IMG/VR virus record: IMGVR_UViG_3300042860_002877
Span: 1-33,153 of that record
From: a virus
Lineage: Duplodnaviria > Caudoviricetes
Length of the DNA: 33,153 nucleotides
Reading direction: 5' to 3' (one strand)
Below the pieces are notes generated by a model. The model was given only the letters and a program-made list of their open reading frames with translations, searched no databases and had not been told where the DNA came from. This document shows, in pieces, positions 9,287 to 18,119 of this stretch (its first letter is position 1; each line of letters opens with the position of its first letter). The position numbers and the translations under genes were made by a program.

Positions 9287-9819
9287 GTGAAGAAAAACCA
9301 CCTTTCAATTTGATTATTTTCTGTCTGATTAACAAAATTTAAGTACTTCATTAAGTCATCCATTGAATCGAAGATATATTCATGCGGTAGCATAAAAAAT
9401 AACCAATTAGGTGCATTTCTTTTACCTTGTTCGCACCATACCAATATAGGCTTTTTTTGTCTATTGGCTGTCACTATTTCTTCATATGATCCACAGGCGT
9501 GAATAGATGTATCTATATGTGCTACAACAAAGTCCGAAACATCAACACATCTTAAATCCGCATTTCTTATATGACTAAACTCCTTGCGTATTTTATGATA
9601 CTGCCCAGTTGCCTTATATTGCTCAATCATATTTCTGGTTTCATCATTTTCTTTTGCTGACTCAATTGGTTTATTGCATGGATTTAATACTGTGACACCT
9701 AAAGACTCTAGGAAAGGCGTAATGTTATCACGCCACGTTTTTCCACCGTCTGGAACTCTATCCATAGCACCAATGAGATAAGTTCTCATATTTTTAAGAT
9801 TATTTTTGTTCAAATCCAT
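9283..9819 (-). CDS. Nucleoside 2-deoxyribosyltransferase-like protein
   Basis: YLIGAM...WR...VLNP...DLRCVDVSD...GSYEE...KPI pattern. Confidence 0.75.
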   Translation of the reverse strand: MDLNKNNLKNMRTYLIGAMDRVPDGGKTWRDNITPFLESLGVTVLNPCNKPIESAKENDETRNMIEQYKATGQYHKIRKEFSHIRNADLRCVDVSDFVVAHIDTSIHACGSYEEIVTANRQKKPILVWCEQGKRNAPNWLFFMLPHEYIFDSMDDLMKYLNFVNQTENNQIERWFFFT

Positions 9820-10216
9820 TATCAGTACTCCACCAAATTTTGTTAATATCTAGCGCATTTAAAACTAAGTCACATTTTTCACATGGCTTACTGTTACGTA
9901 ATTGGCCGCGTTTATTTAACCTTACCACTACTATTTTGAGATGACTATCTATATAATATTTTCCCCACAGTCTCGACACTAAATCTGTTTCGGCGTGTAA
10001 ATATGGGTATATCTCATCATCTTCTGTATTAAATCTTTTGGCTAGCAGTATAGCCTGTGTGTGTGTTTTCTCTGGATTATTTTGTCCTATACCAATTAAT
10101 TTGTTTTTACGATAACCAAAAGCAAAGTGAAAAAATTTATTCTTAGTATTTCGATTGTTTTTAGCTTTTGGTAATAAACTATAAGCTAGCTCTACAGATT
10201 GATCTAATATATTCAT
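9800..10216 (-). CDS. Zn-dependent cytidine-deaminase-superfamily protein
   Basis: LHAE and SKPCEKC motifs. Confidence 0.8.
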   Translation of the reverse strand: MNILDQSVELAYSLLPKAKNNRNTKNKFFHFAFGYRKNKLIGIGQNNPEKTHTQAILLAKRFNTEDDEIYPYLHAETDLVSRLWGKYYIDSHLKIVVVRLNKRGQLRNSKPCEKCDLVLNALDINKIWWSTDNGFEQK

Positions 10217-10632
10217 GGTTTACTATATGCTATCTGTATAAATTCTTGAATTGTCTTAGGTGAACATCTTGCAAAAATATCATTAGTGATTTTCTGTGCG
10301 TCTTTTTTCTTACTACCAAGACTCATAAGTGCTTGCACACAATCATTCTTTAAACCAGCATTATTGTCTACAGTTTGAGATGGGCGGGTTTGACGAGCAG
10401 TAGATGTTTGCTTGGGCTTCTTGTTGTTTATTTTAGACGGCTTGAATACAACTGGCTTATAATAAGTTTCCGAAGTTCTATAAGATTCTGTTGGATATTC
10501 CCTAAAAATTTCTATGTTATTTAAATCTATTTTCTTTCCACCAAAAAAACTACGACAAAAGGAAATAAATCCAACAATCAGTAATAAAATAGCAAAAGCG
10601 TCACTAGTAGAACTACGAGGTTGTGTATACAT
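10213..10632 (-). CDS. Membrane protein with C-terminal RuvA domain III-like helical bundle
   Basis: N-terminal TM, K/P/T/S linker, then DCVQALMSLGSKKKDAQK...TIQEFIQIAY, resembling RuvA_C. Confidence 0.6.
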   Translation of the reverse strand: MYTQPRSSTSDAFAILLLIVGFISFCRSFFGGKKIDLNNIEIFREYPTESYRTSETYYKPVVFKPSKINNKKPKQTSTARQTRPSQTVDNNAGLKNDCVQALMSLGSKKKDAQKITNDIFARCSPKTIQEFIQIAYSKP

Positions 10633-10653
10633 GTGTTTTCTCCTTTACGCTAA

Positions 10654-10681
10654 ATTATACCACCATTATCGGCATTGTCAA
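10654..10681 (-). promoter_or_regulatory. Sigma-70 promoter TTGACA-16-TATAAT, GCCGAT in spacer
   Basis: Perfect consensus hexamers upstream of the AAGGAG RBS of the 10632 gene. Confidence 0.85.
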
Positions 10682-10692
10682 GCGTTGGGCTT

Positions 10693-10733
10693 AAACAAAA
10701 ATGGCCCGGTATGCACTAAAACATACCGAGCCA
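10693..10733 (-). terminator. Rho-independent terminator after ssb
   Basis: TGGCTCGGTATG-8 nt loop-CATACCGGGCCA followed by TTTTTGTTT. Confidence 0.85.
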
Positions 10734-10756
10734 CATTTGAATATATACAGGGTTAA

Positions 10757-11080
10757 TTATTCCTTTTCAGTAACATTTACTGGACCCAAAGAAATATCAT
10801 CAGCCATTACGCATACTGAATTTCTTGGATTACCATCCTTATCTTGATAGTCATCTATCTTAATCTTCCCCTGTACTCCTACTAATCTTCCTCGCTTTAG
10901 ATGGTCCTTCAGAGCCTCTGCCATCTTACCAAAACATAGAACGTTCAAAAACAAAGTTTCGTCATTCCTACGATCATTAACTGCCATCCTAAACTTTGCC
11001 ATTGACGTACCCTTTTGGGTAACATTAAATTCCGCATCCTTTGTTAAACGTCCACAACCTAGCCACATATTAATATTCAT
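10757..11080 (-). CDS. ssb: Single-stranded DNA-binding protein
   Basis: GRLTKDAE, FRMAVN, FGKMAE, GRLVGVQGKI, YQDKDG OB-fold motifs. Confidence 0.92.
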   Translation of the reverse strand: MNINMWLGCGRLTKDAEFNVTQKGTSMAKFRMAVNDRRNDETLFLNVLCFGKMAEALKDHLKRGRLVGVQGKIKIDDYQDKDGNPRNSVCVMADDISLGPVNVTEKE

Positions 11081-11083
11081 GTT

Positions 11084-11401
11084 TCAAACCTCCAAAGCTG
11101 AACGAATTCTACCGCGAAGAACCTGTGTATTACCACGATTATATGTACCAAGTGTGGCACTATAAACGTTCCTAGCAAATCTGCGAGATATGCCAAGAAG
11201 ACTTGCGGCAAATTCTACTCCATTTCTCGTATTTTCAATAAAACCAAAACCAGACTTATGTGCTAAAGCTGTTATTGGATTTAGTGTAAAACCTCGATAT
11301 GGGCCACTCTGAATAGTAGCAACTAACTTCTTATCGCTAACATCCCAATGATAGGACTCAGCAACTCTATCTAGACGATCTAAAAACTGATTAAGATTCA
11401 T
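11084..11401 (-). CDS. Hypothetical protein
   Basis: 105 aa ORF with AAGGAG RBS. Confidence 0.75.
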   Translation of the reverse strand: MNLNQFLDRLDRVAESYHWDVSDKKLVATIQSGPYRGFTLNPITALAHKSGFGFIENTRNGVEFAASLLGISRRFARNVYSATLGTYNRGNTQVLRGRIRSALEV

Positions 11402-11421
11402 ATTTGCTCCTTTACTTATTA

Positions 11422-11607
11422 TTACTTATCACTAACTTTACTATCTGAAGACTCGTCAGAGTTTTCAATTTCAATCATACCTTGATCAAAATATTCATTT
11501 AATTTGTCGATTTCTTTTTGTAGATTTTCTTTTTGTGCTTCCAAATCTACAATTGCTCTTTTGATATTTAACAAATGAGCTTTAGCCATTTCTATGATTG
11601 TTGACAT
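11422..11607 (-). CDS. Small coiled-coil protein
   Basis: 61 aa with heptad pattern; GGAGG RBS. Confidence 0.7.
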   Translation of the reverse strand: MSTIIEMAKAHLLNIKRAIVDLEAQKENLQKEIDKLNEYFDQGMIEIENSDESSDSKVSDK

Positions 11608-11651
11608 GATTCCTCCATTTTTATAGTATCCTGCAAGCGTTTGAAAAACAA

Positions 11652-11876
11652 CTAAGGCAATTGTTCATAAGTTAAATAATTGATTACTTCTTCGTGAGTC
11701 CAAGTTGTTTTATATTGTCCAAGAGTTGATAGCATTGCTAAATCAATGTAATTTTTTTCCAATCTAGCAATTGTTTCTATTAGTATAATCTCATTATGAG
11801 TTGCTATACATTCGTGTACTAACTTTGTTAGTATCGATCTCCTATCTTGCTCTTGTTTATCTGAATTATTTTTCAT
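11652..11876 (-). CDS. Hypothetical protein, paralog of 11888..12106
   Basis: Shares ECI.THN...LE..Y..LA......QY...W....V.NY pattern; start moved to MKNNS. Confidence 0.7.
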   Translation of the reverse strand: MKNNSDKQEQDRRSILTKLVHECIATHNEIILIETIARLEKNYIDLAMLSTLGQYKTTWTHEEVINYLTYEQLP

Positions 11877-11887
11877 TTTTATATTAG

Positions 11888-12106
11888 TCAGTGATTGTAA
11901 ATGTAGTTTAATACATCTTGACGGCTCCAACCTTCTCTATATTGATTATTGGTAGCAGCTTTAGCTAATATATCATAATCATTTTCAAGATTAAATATCA
12001 TGTTAACAATTACCTTTTTATTGTGCGTGAGTATACATTCCTCTATTAGTTCATTTAGTTCATCAATTCTTGTTTTTTGTGGAGGAATCGTTGTTGTTGC
12101 TTCCAT
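11888..12106 (-). CDS. Hypothetical protein, paralog of 11652..11876
   Basis: 72 aa; GAGG RBS; aligns with its neighbour. Confidence 0.7.
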   Translation of the reverse strand: MEATTTIPPQKTRIDELNELIEECILTHNKKVIVNMIFNLENDYDILAKAATNNQYREGWSRQDVLNYIYNH

Positions 12107-12108
12107 GA

Positions 12109-12543
12109 TTAATTTACCTCATAATAATCTATTTTGATATTTGCTTCATTAAATAGTTGTCTAGATAACACAAAATCATTTTCCCACCTGTCTATTTTAT
12201 TTATTGGGGCCACAATTCTTTTTATACCAGATTGTATTATAATACCAGCACACCTTGGACAAGGTTCAAATGGGTAAGTATATAATGTACAATCTTCTAA
12301 GTTCCTGTTTGCAAAAGTGATTGCGTTTATCTCACCGTGAACGATGATTTTATATTTTGTTTCTCTATCATTTAGTCTCTCATCATCCTTTATTCCTTTT
12401 GGAAAACCATTATAACCAATAGAGACAACTCTATTATGCTTATCAGATATAACGGCACCAACTTTGGTAGATGGATCTAAACTCCAATTAGCAACAAATC
12501 TAGCTAACTCTAAAAATCTAACGTCCCACTTTTGTAAACTCAT
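12109..12543 (-). CDS. dCMP deaminase
   Basis: SLDPSTKVGAVI, GYNGFPKG, HGEINAI, PCPRCA motifs. Confidence 0.92.
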   Translation of the reverse strand: MSLQKWDVRFLELARFVANWSLDPSTKVGAVISDKHNRVVSIGYNGFPKGIKDDERLNDRETKYKIIVHGEINAITFANRNLEDCTLYTYPFEPCPRCAGIIIQSGIKRIVAPINKIDRWENDFVLSRQLFNEANIKIDYYEVN

Positions 12544-12676
12544 ACCACAGTAATCCTAAATTTGCAAATGCATATCCGGCCCACATTACTCCATGTGGAT
12601 TATCTCTTTGATAAAAACAAGAAATGCTCGTTATTGCATATAAAAATGTTGATATAATAACGCATGGAATAGCCAT
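12518..12676 (-). CDS. Small membrane protein, 52 aa (not in ORF track)
   Basis: MAIPCVIISTFLYAITSISCFYQRDNPHGVMWAGYAFANLGLLWYEFTKVGR; TAATG coupling to the guaC stop; two hydrophobic segments. Confidence 0.7.
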   Translation of the reverse strand: MAIPCVIISTFLYAITSISCFYQRDNPHGVMWAGYAFANLGLLWYEFTKVGR

Positions 12677-13803
12677 TATACACTTTTATCAAAATGAGTT
12701 CTATTGACCATAATAAATTCTGCACACTTTGGTAAATCTTTGAGTGATGTTGCTCCTATATAAGCACAAGCACTTCTTATACCACCCATTATATCATTCA
12801 TAATCTCAGATGCACAACCCTTATATGGAATTTTAATTACTCTTCCTTCGCTAGCACGATAATTTTTTATTCCACCATATTTTTCTTGTGCTTTATGTGA
12901 ACTCATTCCATAAAATAGTAATGATTTTTTTCTTTTTTCTGGTGGATTGTAACCCGGATCATTTTGTTGCCACCACTCATTAACAACATTTCTATTATTA
13001 TCTATGATAGCACAGCGATATTCATATTCCCATTCACCCTCACATTGATCTGTTGCAGCAAGCATACCACCAAGCATCACAAAGTCGGCATTTGCAGCAA
13101 AAGCCTTTACAACATCTGATGGTGTTCTACACCCGCCATCTGCACAAATCAATCCTAGACGCCTGTCTTCACTTTTTAAACCATGAGCAGCGTGTGAACA
13201 TTCAGATATTGCAGATAATTGTGGAAAACCAACTCCAGTTTTTAATCTTGTGGTACAAGCAGAGCCGGGACCAATACCAACTTTAACTATATCTACTCCA
13301 CCATGTAAAATAAGTTCTTGTACCATCTCTGGTGTACATACATTACCAGCCATAATAATTGGTTGAGTACCAAAAGTATCCCTAACTTTTCTACAATAAT
13401 TTACAAAGTCATCAGTATATCCATTTGCAACATCTATACAAATATTTGGTATAAATCCAACATCATCTATAATATATCTTATCTTATCTAAATCTTCATT
13501 TTTAATACCAACGCTTAACCATTGAGAATTGACATTACAAAAATGATTTTGATAATCCTGCTTAGTATAATGCTTATGTAGACATGTTATAGCTTTATAT
13601 TCTGATAATTTATCAGACATTTCAAATGTACCAGTGGAGTCCATATTTGCAGCCATTATTGGCAACCCTGTCCACTGCCTCGTAGAGTGATAGAATGAGA
13701 ATGTTCTATCAATACTTACTTCTTTCCTTGATGCTGCCCTAGATCGTTGTGGAACTAGTAAAACATCGTCAAAATCTAACTTAATATCGTTTTGAATTTT
13801 CAT
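12676..13803 (-). CDS. guaC: GMP reductase
   Basis: KLDFDDVLLVP, AANMD, IDVANGY, KVGIGPGSACTTR, ADGG, FYGMSS, YRASEG; no CBS domains. Confidence 0.93.
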   Translation of the reverse strand: MKIQNDIKLDFDDVLLVPQRSRAASRKEVSIDRTFSFYHSTRQWTGLPIMAANMDSTGTFEMSDKLSEYKAITCLHKHYTKQDYQNHFCNVNSQWLSVGIKNEDLDKIRYIIDDVGFIPNICIDVANGYTDDFVNYCRKVRDTFGTQPIIMAGNVCTPEMVQELILHGGVDIVKVGIGPGSACTTRLKTGVGFPQLSAISECSHAAHGLKSEDRRLGLICADGGCRTPSDVVKAFAANADFVMLGGMLAATDQCEGEWEYEYRCAIIDNNRNVVNEWWQQNDPGYNPPEKRKKSLLFYGMSSHKAQEKYGGIKNYRASEGRVIKIPYKGCASEIMNDIMGGIRSACAYIGATSLKDLPKCAEFIMVNRTHFDKSV

Positions 13804-13852
13804 ATCATAGGGTCCATGATGTGTCCAATGATCCGTATTGTATGGCTAATAC

Positions 13853-13888
13853 AAATATAACTCATGGGGCGATTGCTCACCCCACAAG
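13853..13888 (-). terminator. Terminator after rIIB
   Basis: CTTGTGGGGTGA-GCAA-TCGCCCCATGAG followed by TTATATTT. Confidence 0.75.
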
Positions 13889-13899
13889 TTATACTATGG

Positions 13900-14778
13900 T
13901 CAAGCACAAATAACATCCCTGTTCTTTTGGATGACAGTATTGACCTTATTGATCTTTGCAGTAATTTCCTCAACCCATTCACGATTACGCTTCTTGGTGT
14001 TCATATACTGCATATCTTCTGTAGTAAGATGAACAACCTTATCGAATACAGACGTAAATTCTGCAACAACTTCATATCGGCAGCAACGAAGCTTTTGAAA
14101 CTTAGAATCAGATGGAACACTCACAACATCACGCGGATTAACCTTACAAATCATAAGGCGATTTCCACCATTATTATCATCATCTTCATCGTCAATCTTA
14201 ATTCCACCATAACTCTTTGCGTAATCAATTGCACCAACGTGTAGACCATGACCACAACCATTATCACGATTGCTATCTACCTTACTACGAGGAACAGAAC
14301 AAACGCTACCAACACTATTATCAAACGTTCCAGAATACATATCTTTATAATCGTTCTTAACAGCCTTATATGCTAGAAAACATCCATCAGATGTAATTGG
14401 CATATTCTTATTCTTCATAAAGTCAAACAGTTCAACAATAGCATGATCAGATGGATTCTGACTCATATTATCAAGGAAATTAAGCATTGGCTCAAACGGA
14501 AATCCCTGCTTAATCATATCAATGATAGTATCACCAAACATGTTTGGCATCTTAATACCATCCCACATTAGACTATTGCCATCACAAGCGATGTATCCTT
14601 CACAGAAATTATTAATATGAGAAACCACATCGTAGTAAGCCTCAAACATCTCAACATTATTCTTTTTAAGACAATTTACAAGCTTATCATAGTTAGGATG
14701 AGATTTACCAAAAAAGTAACTCTGATTACTAACAATCGCACTAATATTACCATCATTTGCTATAATGTACTTCATCAT
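13900..14778 (-). CDS. rIIB: rIIB-like protein
   Basis: NPS, ELFDF, PITSDGCFLAYKAV, GLHVG, KVNPRDVVSVP, KLRCCRYEVV motifs; directly follows rIIA. Confidence 0.88.
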   Translation of the reverse strand: MMKYIIANDGNISAIVSNQSYFFGKSHPNYDKLVNCLKKNNVEMFEAYYDVVSHINNFCEGYIACDGNSLMWDGIKMPNMFGDTIIDMIKQGFPFEPMLNFLDNMSQNPSDHAIVELFDFMKNKNMPITSDGCFLAYKAVKNDYKDMYSGTFDNSVGSVCSVPRSKVDSNRDNGCGHGLHVGAIDYAKSYGGIKIDDEDDDNNGGNRLMICKVNPRDVVSVPSDSKFQKLRCCRYEVVAEFTSVFDKVVHLTTEDMQYMNTKKRNREWVEEITAKINKVNTVIQKNRDVICA

Positions 14779-16905
14779 TCACTCCTTATTAAGAACAGAA
14801 ACTTGTTCAATACTATCAATATAGTCGGCAATAATTTGCCTATCCTCATCAGAGTAAGGCACATTACGAATTACCTGCAAAATCTTATACTTAGACATTT
14901 CCTTATCAAATCGTGGAGCAAAACGATCATCCACAAAATTACTATCTCTACCAGGAAACGTAAACCTAAAAGAACTAGCCATTTGCCTTATAACTTCAAC
15001 CTTCTCACAAATGTTGTCCAATCGAGATACGTATTCATTATACTCAGAAATTACGTTTTTTACAACAGATGGATTTTTAGTCATATTGATAATCTCTATC
15101 CACCTAGTTGCAAAATTTCTGGAAAGACTCTGGCGATTCATTACATCATAAATATCTTGATGATTGTAAGAAATAATATCGGTCAAAATCTTTCTAATAA
15201 ATTCATATCCCAAATGCCAATTCGACCTCTCGTCTAGCTTCCTATTCTTTGCAACAGATGGCTTGACAATATAAAATGTCTTCCCTTCCACTTCATCATT
15301 GTGATTATCATGTATGTAAGATAAGATCTTTTCAAGATAATAAATCTGTACAACACCATAAGATGAAGAAGAAATATGAACCTCACCCTTTGACTCTGTA
15401 AAATAATATGCATTTTCATATTTTACACTCATCGCACACTCTTCAAAGCAACCAGACTCTTCATTAAAAACTCGGGCTTGAATCATTGGCCCGCTATTTC
15501 CACCAGAAGAATTACGATTATATTCTACCTTGGGAAGATTAGATGTAAATACAACATCATCCTTTGTCGCTCCACCAAGTATATCATACAACCTACAGTT
15601 GTCAACCGTTTCTCCATGTGCTAACTTGTAAAAGTAACAGGCTACGTTGCTATTAAATTCTTTGATATATTGCTTTGCACGACTAATTCCTCCGCGTGGA
15701 AGATCATCGACAACAAATTTAACAGCATTTGTAAAGTGTATACGGTTAGTGTCTATCTTCATATCAATCTTAGAACGATATGACGACTTCTCAAAAAGTT
15801 TAACTGTCATACTTGGAATGTCAATACTTTCAGACACAATATTGTCAAACAGTTTTTGATCATTCCAAACTATTGACTTCATGAGAGATTCCACAGCAGT
15901 CTTTACAGACATACACTGATCAGAAATCTGCACATACTTACTTCGTGCCTTAAACAGAGTAGGCTGACTTTTAATTTCATGCTCAATCTGTGTTGCAATA
16001 TCGTCCAATATCTTAGAGATAATATTGTTGATATTGATCTTAGTCTGCTTACTATAAGAAAGAGACTCACGACTTGGAGTGATATCAACATCTCCAATAT
16101 TAACAATGATCCTAAGACCACTAGAATATTCAACAAATCTACTGTTCTTCTTGGATGAATCAATTCCATCAACTATAATTTGATTATGGTCGATAGGATA
16201 TGCAATTTGCCCCATGATGATATAGTTCTTATCATCGTTATCATCAAAGTACCAGTTATCACCACTAAGAGTCTTATTCTCAGCATCGTAATAAATTTCT
16301 TCGCCAATAAAATTTGGTCTAACATTGAAGAATTCATAGACCTTACGTGCCTCACGCACAAAACGATCTATGTCATACTCATTGACACTAATTGAAACCT
16401 TGATGCCATTTGCTTCATTGGTTTCGCTGGTATCCATCAAAGAAAATACTGGATTACCATCCTCGTTCTTATAGGCATTATAAAGACGGCGAGTACCATC
16501 GAGGTATGCTTCAACAGTAAAACTATCACCATATGCAAACGGTGCCTTGCTACCAAGACCCAAGCAACCAACAGCGTCATTACTATTATTACGTGTGCTA
16601 CGAAAATAAGTAGTATAAAGTTCCATACAATGTTCATGACTCATGCTGGTGCCGTAGTCACGAATATAAAATATAGGATTAAGCCTAGTTGGAAGATGAA
16701 CGTCAAATTGAACATCTTTCTTGCCAGCATCTACATGAGAATCGTAAGCATTAGTAGAAAGCTCACGAACTACTGCAAGGATCTTATTAGAATAAAGACC
16801 ATCAGAAAGAATAAAGAAAGCCTTGGCAGATGCCTCGATACTAAACTGGCTTTCCTCAAAATCACCAGACTTTTCAATCGTATTAATACCAGCATGAAGT
16901 TTCAT
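14779..16905 (-). CDS. rIIA: rIIA-like protein (GHKL ATPase N-terminal domain)
   Basis: LYSNKILAVVRELSTNAYDSH, IRDYGTSM, GCLGLGSKAPFAY, DITPSRESLSY. Confidence 0.9.
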   Translation of the reverse strand: MKLHAGINTIEKSGDFEESQFSIEASAKAFFILSDGLYSNKILAVVRELSTNAYDSHVDAGKKDVQFDVHLPTRLNPIFYIRDYGTSMSHEHCMELYTTYFRSTRNNSNDAVGCLGLGSKAPFAYGDSFTVEAYLDGTRRLYNAYKNEDGNPVFSLMDTSETNEANGIKVSISVNEYDIDRFVREARKVYEFFNVRPNFIGEEIYYDAENKTLSGDNWYFDDNDDKNYIIMGQIAYPIDHNQIIVDGIDSSKKNSRFVEYSSGLRIIVNIGDVDITPSRESLSYSKQTKININNIISKILDDIATQIEHEIKSQPTLFKARSKYVQISDQCMSVKTAVESLMKSIVWNDQKLFDNIVSESIDIPSMTVKLFEKSSYRSKIDMKIDTNRIHFTNAVKFVVDDLPRGGISRAKQYIKEFNSNVACYFYKLAHGETVDNCRLYDILGGATKDDVVFTSNLPKVEYNRNSSGGNSGPMIQARVFNEESGCFEECAMSVKYENAYYFTESKGEVHISSSSYGVVQIYYLEKILSYIHDNHNDEVEGKTFYIVKPSVAKNRKLDERSNWHLGYEFIRKILTDIISYNHQDIYDVMNRQSLSRNFATRWIEIINMTKNPSVVKNVISEYNEYVSRLDNICEKVEVIRQMASSFRFTFPGRDSNFVDDRFAPRFDKEMSKYKILQVIRNVPYSDEDRQIIADYIDSIEQVSVLNKE

Positions 16906-16950
16906 TAACGCTATCTCCTATACAAGTGCTTGATCGCTGAATGTGCTTTG

Positions 16951-16978
16951 ATTCTATCAAAAGAATCGGCTATGTCAA
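16951..16978 (-). promoter_or_regulatory. Sigma-70 promoter TTGACA-16-TAGAAT, GCCGAT in spacer
   Basis: Intergenic, upstream of rIIA; TGn extended -10. Confidence 0.8.
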
Positions 16979-16996
16979 GTGGCAAACTTTAATTTT

Positions 16997-17422
16997 TCAA
17001 TCTTCCTCATAGTAGTCATCATCAAAGCTGTTTATATTTTTATTGTAAGTATTATCTCTGCTGGTAATCCGCTCAATATCAAAATTTGTCGCAGCCCAAT
17101 GACAGGAATCATTTCTTGGATCATGTTTTTCCTCTAGGGTAAATGTAAACGGTTCATCTAAAAATTCTTCGTTGGTGCTATTCTTAAAATCTTCCCACTT
17201 ACCTACAAAGTCATAAAACTTTTGCATGTCTTCATCCGATGCAAAGTTATATTCAATATAATTAGAATCGTCATATAGCCAAACCTTAACTGTTTTGTAA
17301 TATATATCTAACTTATCGCGTTCGCACCTTAAACATCTTGATAAGGCTAATTCGTGTGGTGATAGTTTTGTATTTTTAATCGATCTAACAATATCACCCT
17401 CAGTAACATTAACTTGTATCAT
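16997..17422 (-). CDS. Hypothetical acidic protein
   Basis: ATG 17422 overlaps the thyX stop (ATGA). Confidence 0.7.
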   Translation of the reverse strand: MIQVNVTEGDIVRSIKNTKLSPHELALSRCLRCERDKLDIYYKTVKVWLYDDSNYIEYNFASDEDMQKFYDFVGKWEDFKNSTNEEFLDEPFTFTLEEKHDPRNDSCHWAATNFDIERITSRDNTYNKNINSFDDDYYEED

Positions 17423-18057
17423 TGCCAACCTAAAGCCTCCGACACTATTGGTAATTGTGATATAAAAATATTCTTACAGCTATTTGCAATATCCATATGC
17501 TCTTTTTGTGTTCCATTACTAGATCTTAGATCTATATAATGAATCCATGATCTAATTGTTCCGCTCATGTATAACTTAGTGGGCGTGGCAAGTGGTAAAA
17601 CAAATCTAGCACATTCTTTTGCTATACCGTCCGCAATCATTCCATCATATATTGCTTTAGATTTTGCAAAATGTTCCCTAATTTTTACTCGCCACTTTGA
17701 TCTTGTTTCTTCTGATATGTCATCTATACTATTTTGTCTGTTTTTATTGTCTTGTCGTCGTAAATCAAATAGTGGTATTTCTTCTGACAACAAAGACGTA
17801 TCAGCATATCTCTGACTAAATTCTTGGAAATTAAAACTTCTGTGTCTTAGAATTTGTGCCGCTATTCCCCTAGTTGTATTTATCTCTATAGTCATATTAG
17901 CCATTTCAAATATCGACCAGTGTTTGTGGTTTATGCAATAGGCTAACAATTTAGATATATTTTCACTATTTTGATTGCTAGGATTTGAAACTCTGGCACA
18001 ATATGCCATATGCTTTTCAGCGTCTGGCGTTATTGAAATAAAAATTGTATCGTTCAT
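17419..18057 (-). CDS. thyX: FAD-dependent thymidylate synthase
   Basis: HWSIFE, QILRHRSFNFQEFSQRY (RHRX7S), KECARFVLP, TQKEH. Confidence 0.96.
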   Translation of the reverse strand: MNDTIFISITPDAEKHMAYCARVSNPSNQNSENISKLLAYCINHKHWSIFEMANMTIEINTTRGIAAQILRHRSFNFQEFSQRYADTSLLSEEIPLFDLRRQDNKNRQNSIDDISEETRSKWRVKIREHFAKSKAIYDGMIADGIAKECARFVLPLATPTKLYMSGTIRSWIHYIDLRSSNGTQKEHMDIANSCKNIFISQLPIVSEALGWQ

Positions 18058-18085
18058 ATTCCTTATTATCTCCTAGCGTCAACTT

Positions 18086-18114
18086 ATTCTACTTCAACGA
18101 GTACAGTTTGTCAA
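18086..18114 (-). promoter_or_regulatory. Sigma-70 promoter TTGACA-17-TAGAAT
   Basis: Intergenic, upstream of thyX. Confidence 0.75.
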
Positions 18115-18119
18115 GTCTT

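Noticed and set aside
13800-13982. 60 aa ORF between rIIB and guaC
   Set aside because: Overlaps rIIB and crosses its terminator; at most a 21 aa peptide without support.
13864-16908. Long + strand ORFs such as 14617..15237 and 13864..14244
   Set aside because: Antisense to rIIA/rIIB, no recognisable motifs or RBS; explained by codon bias.
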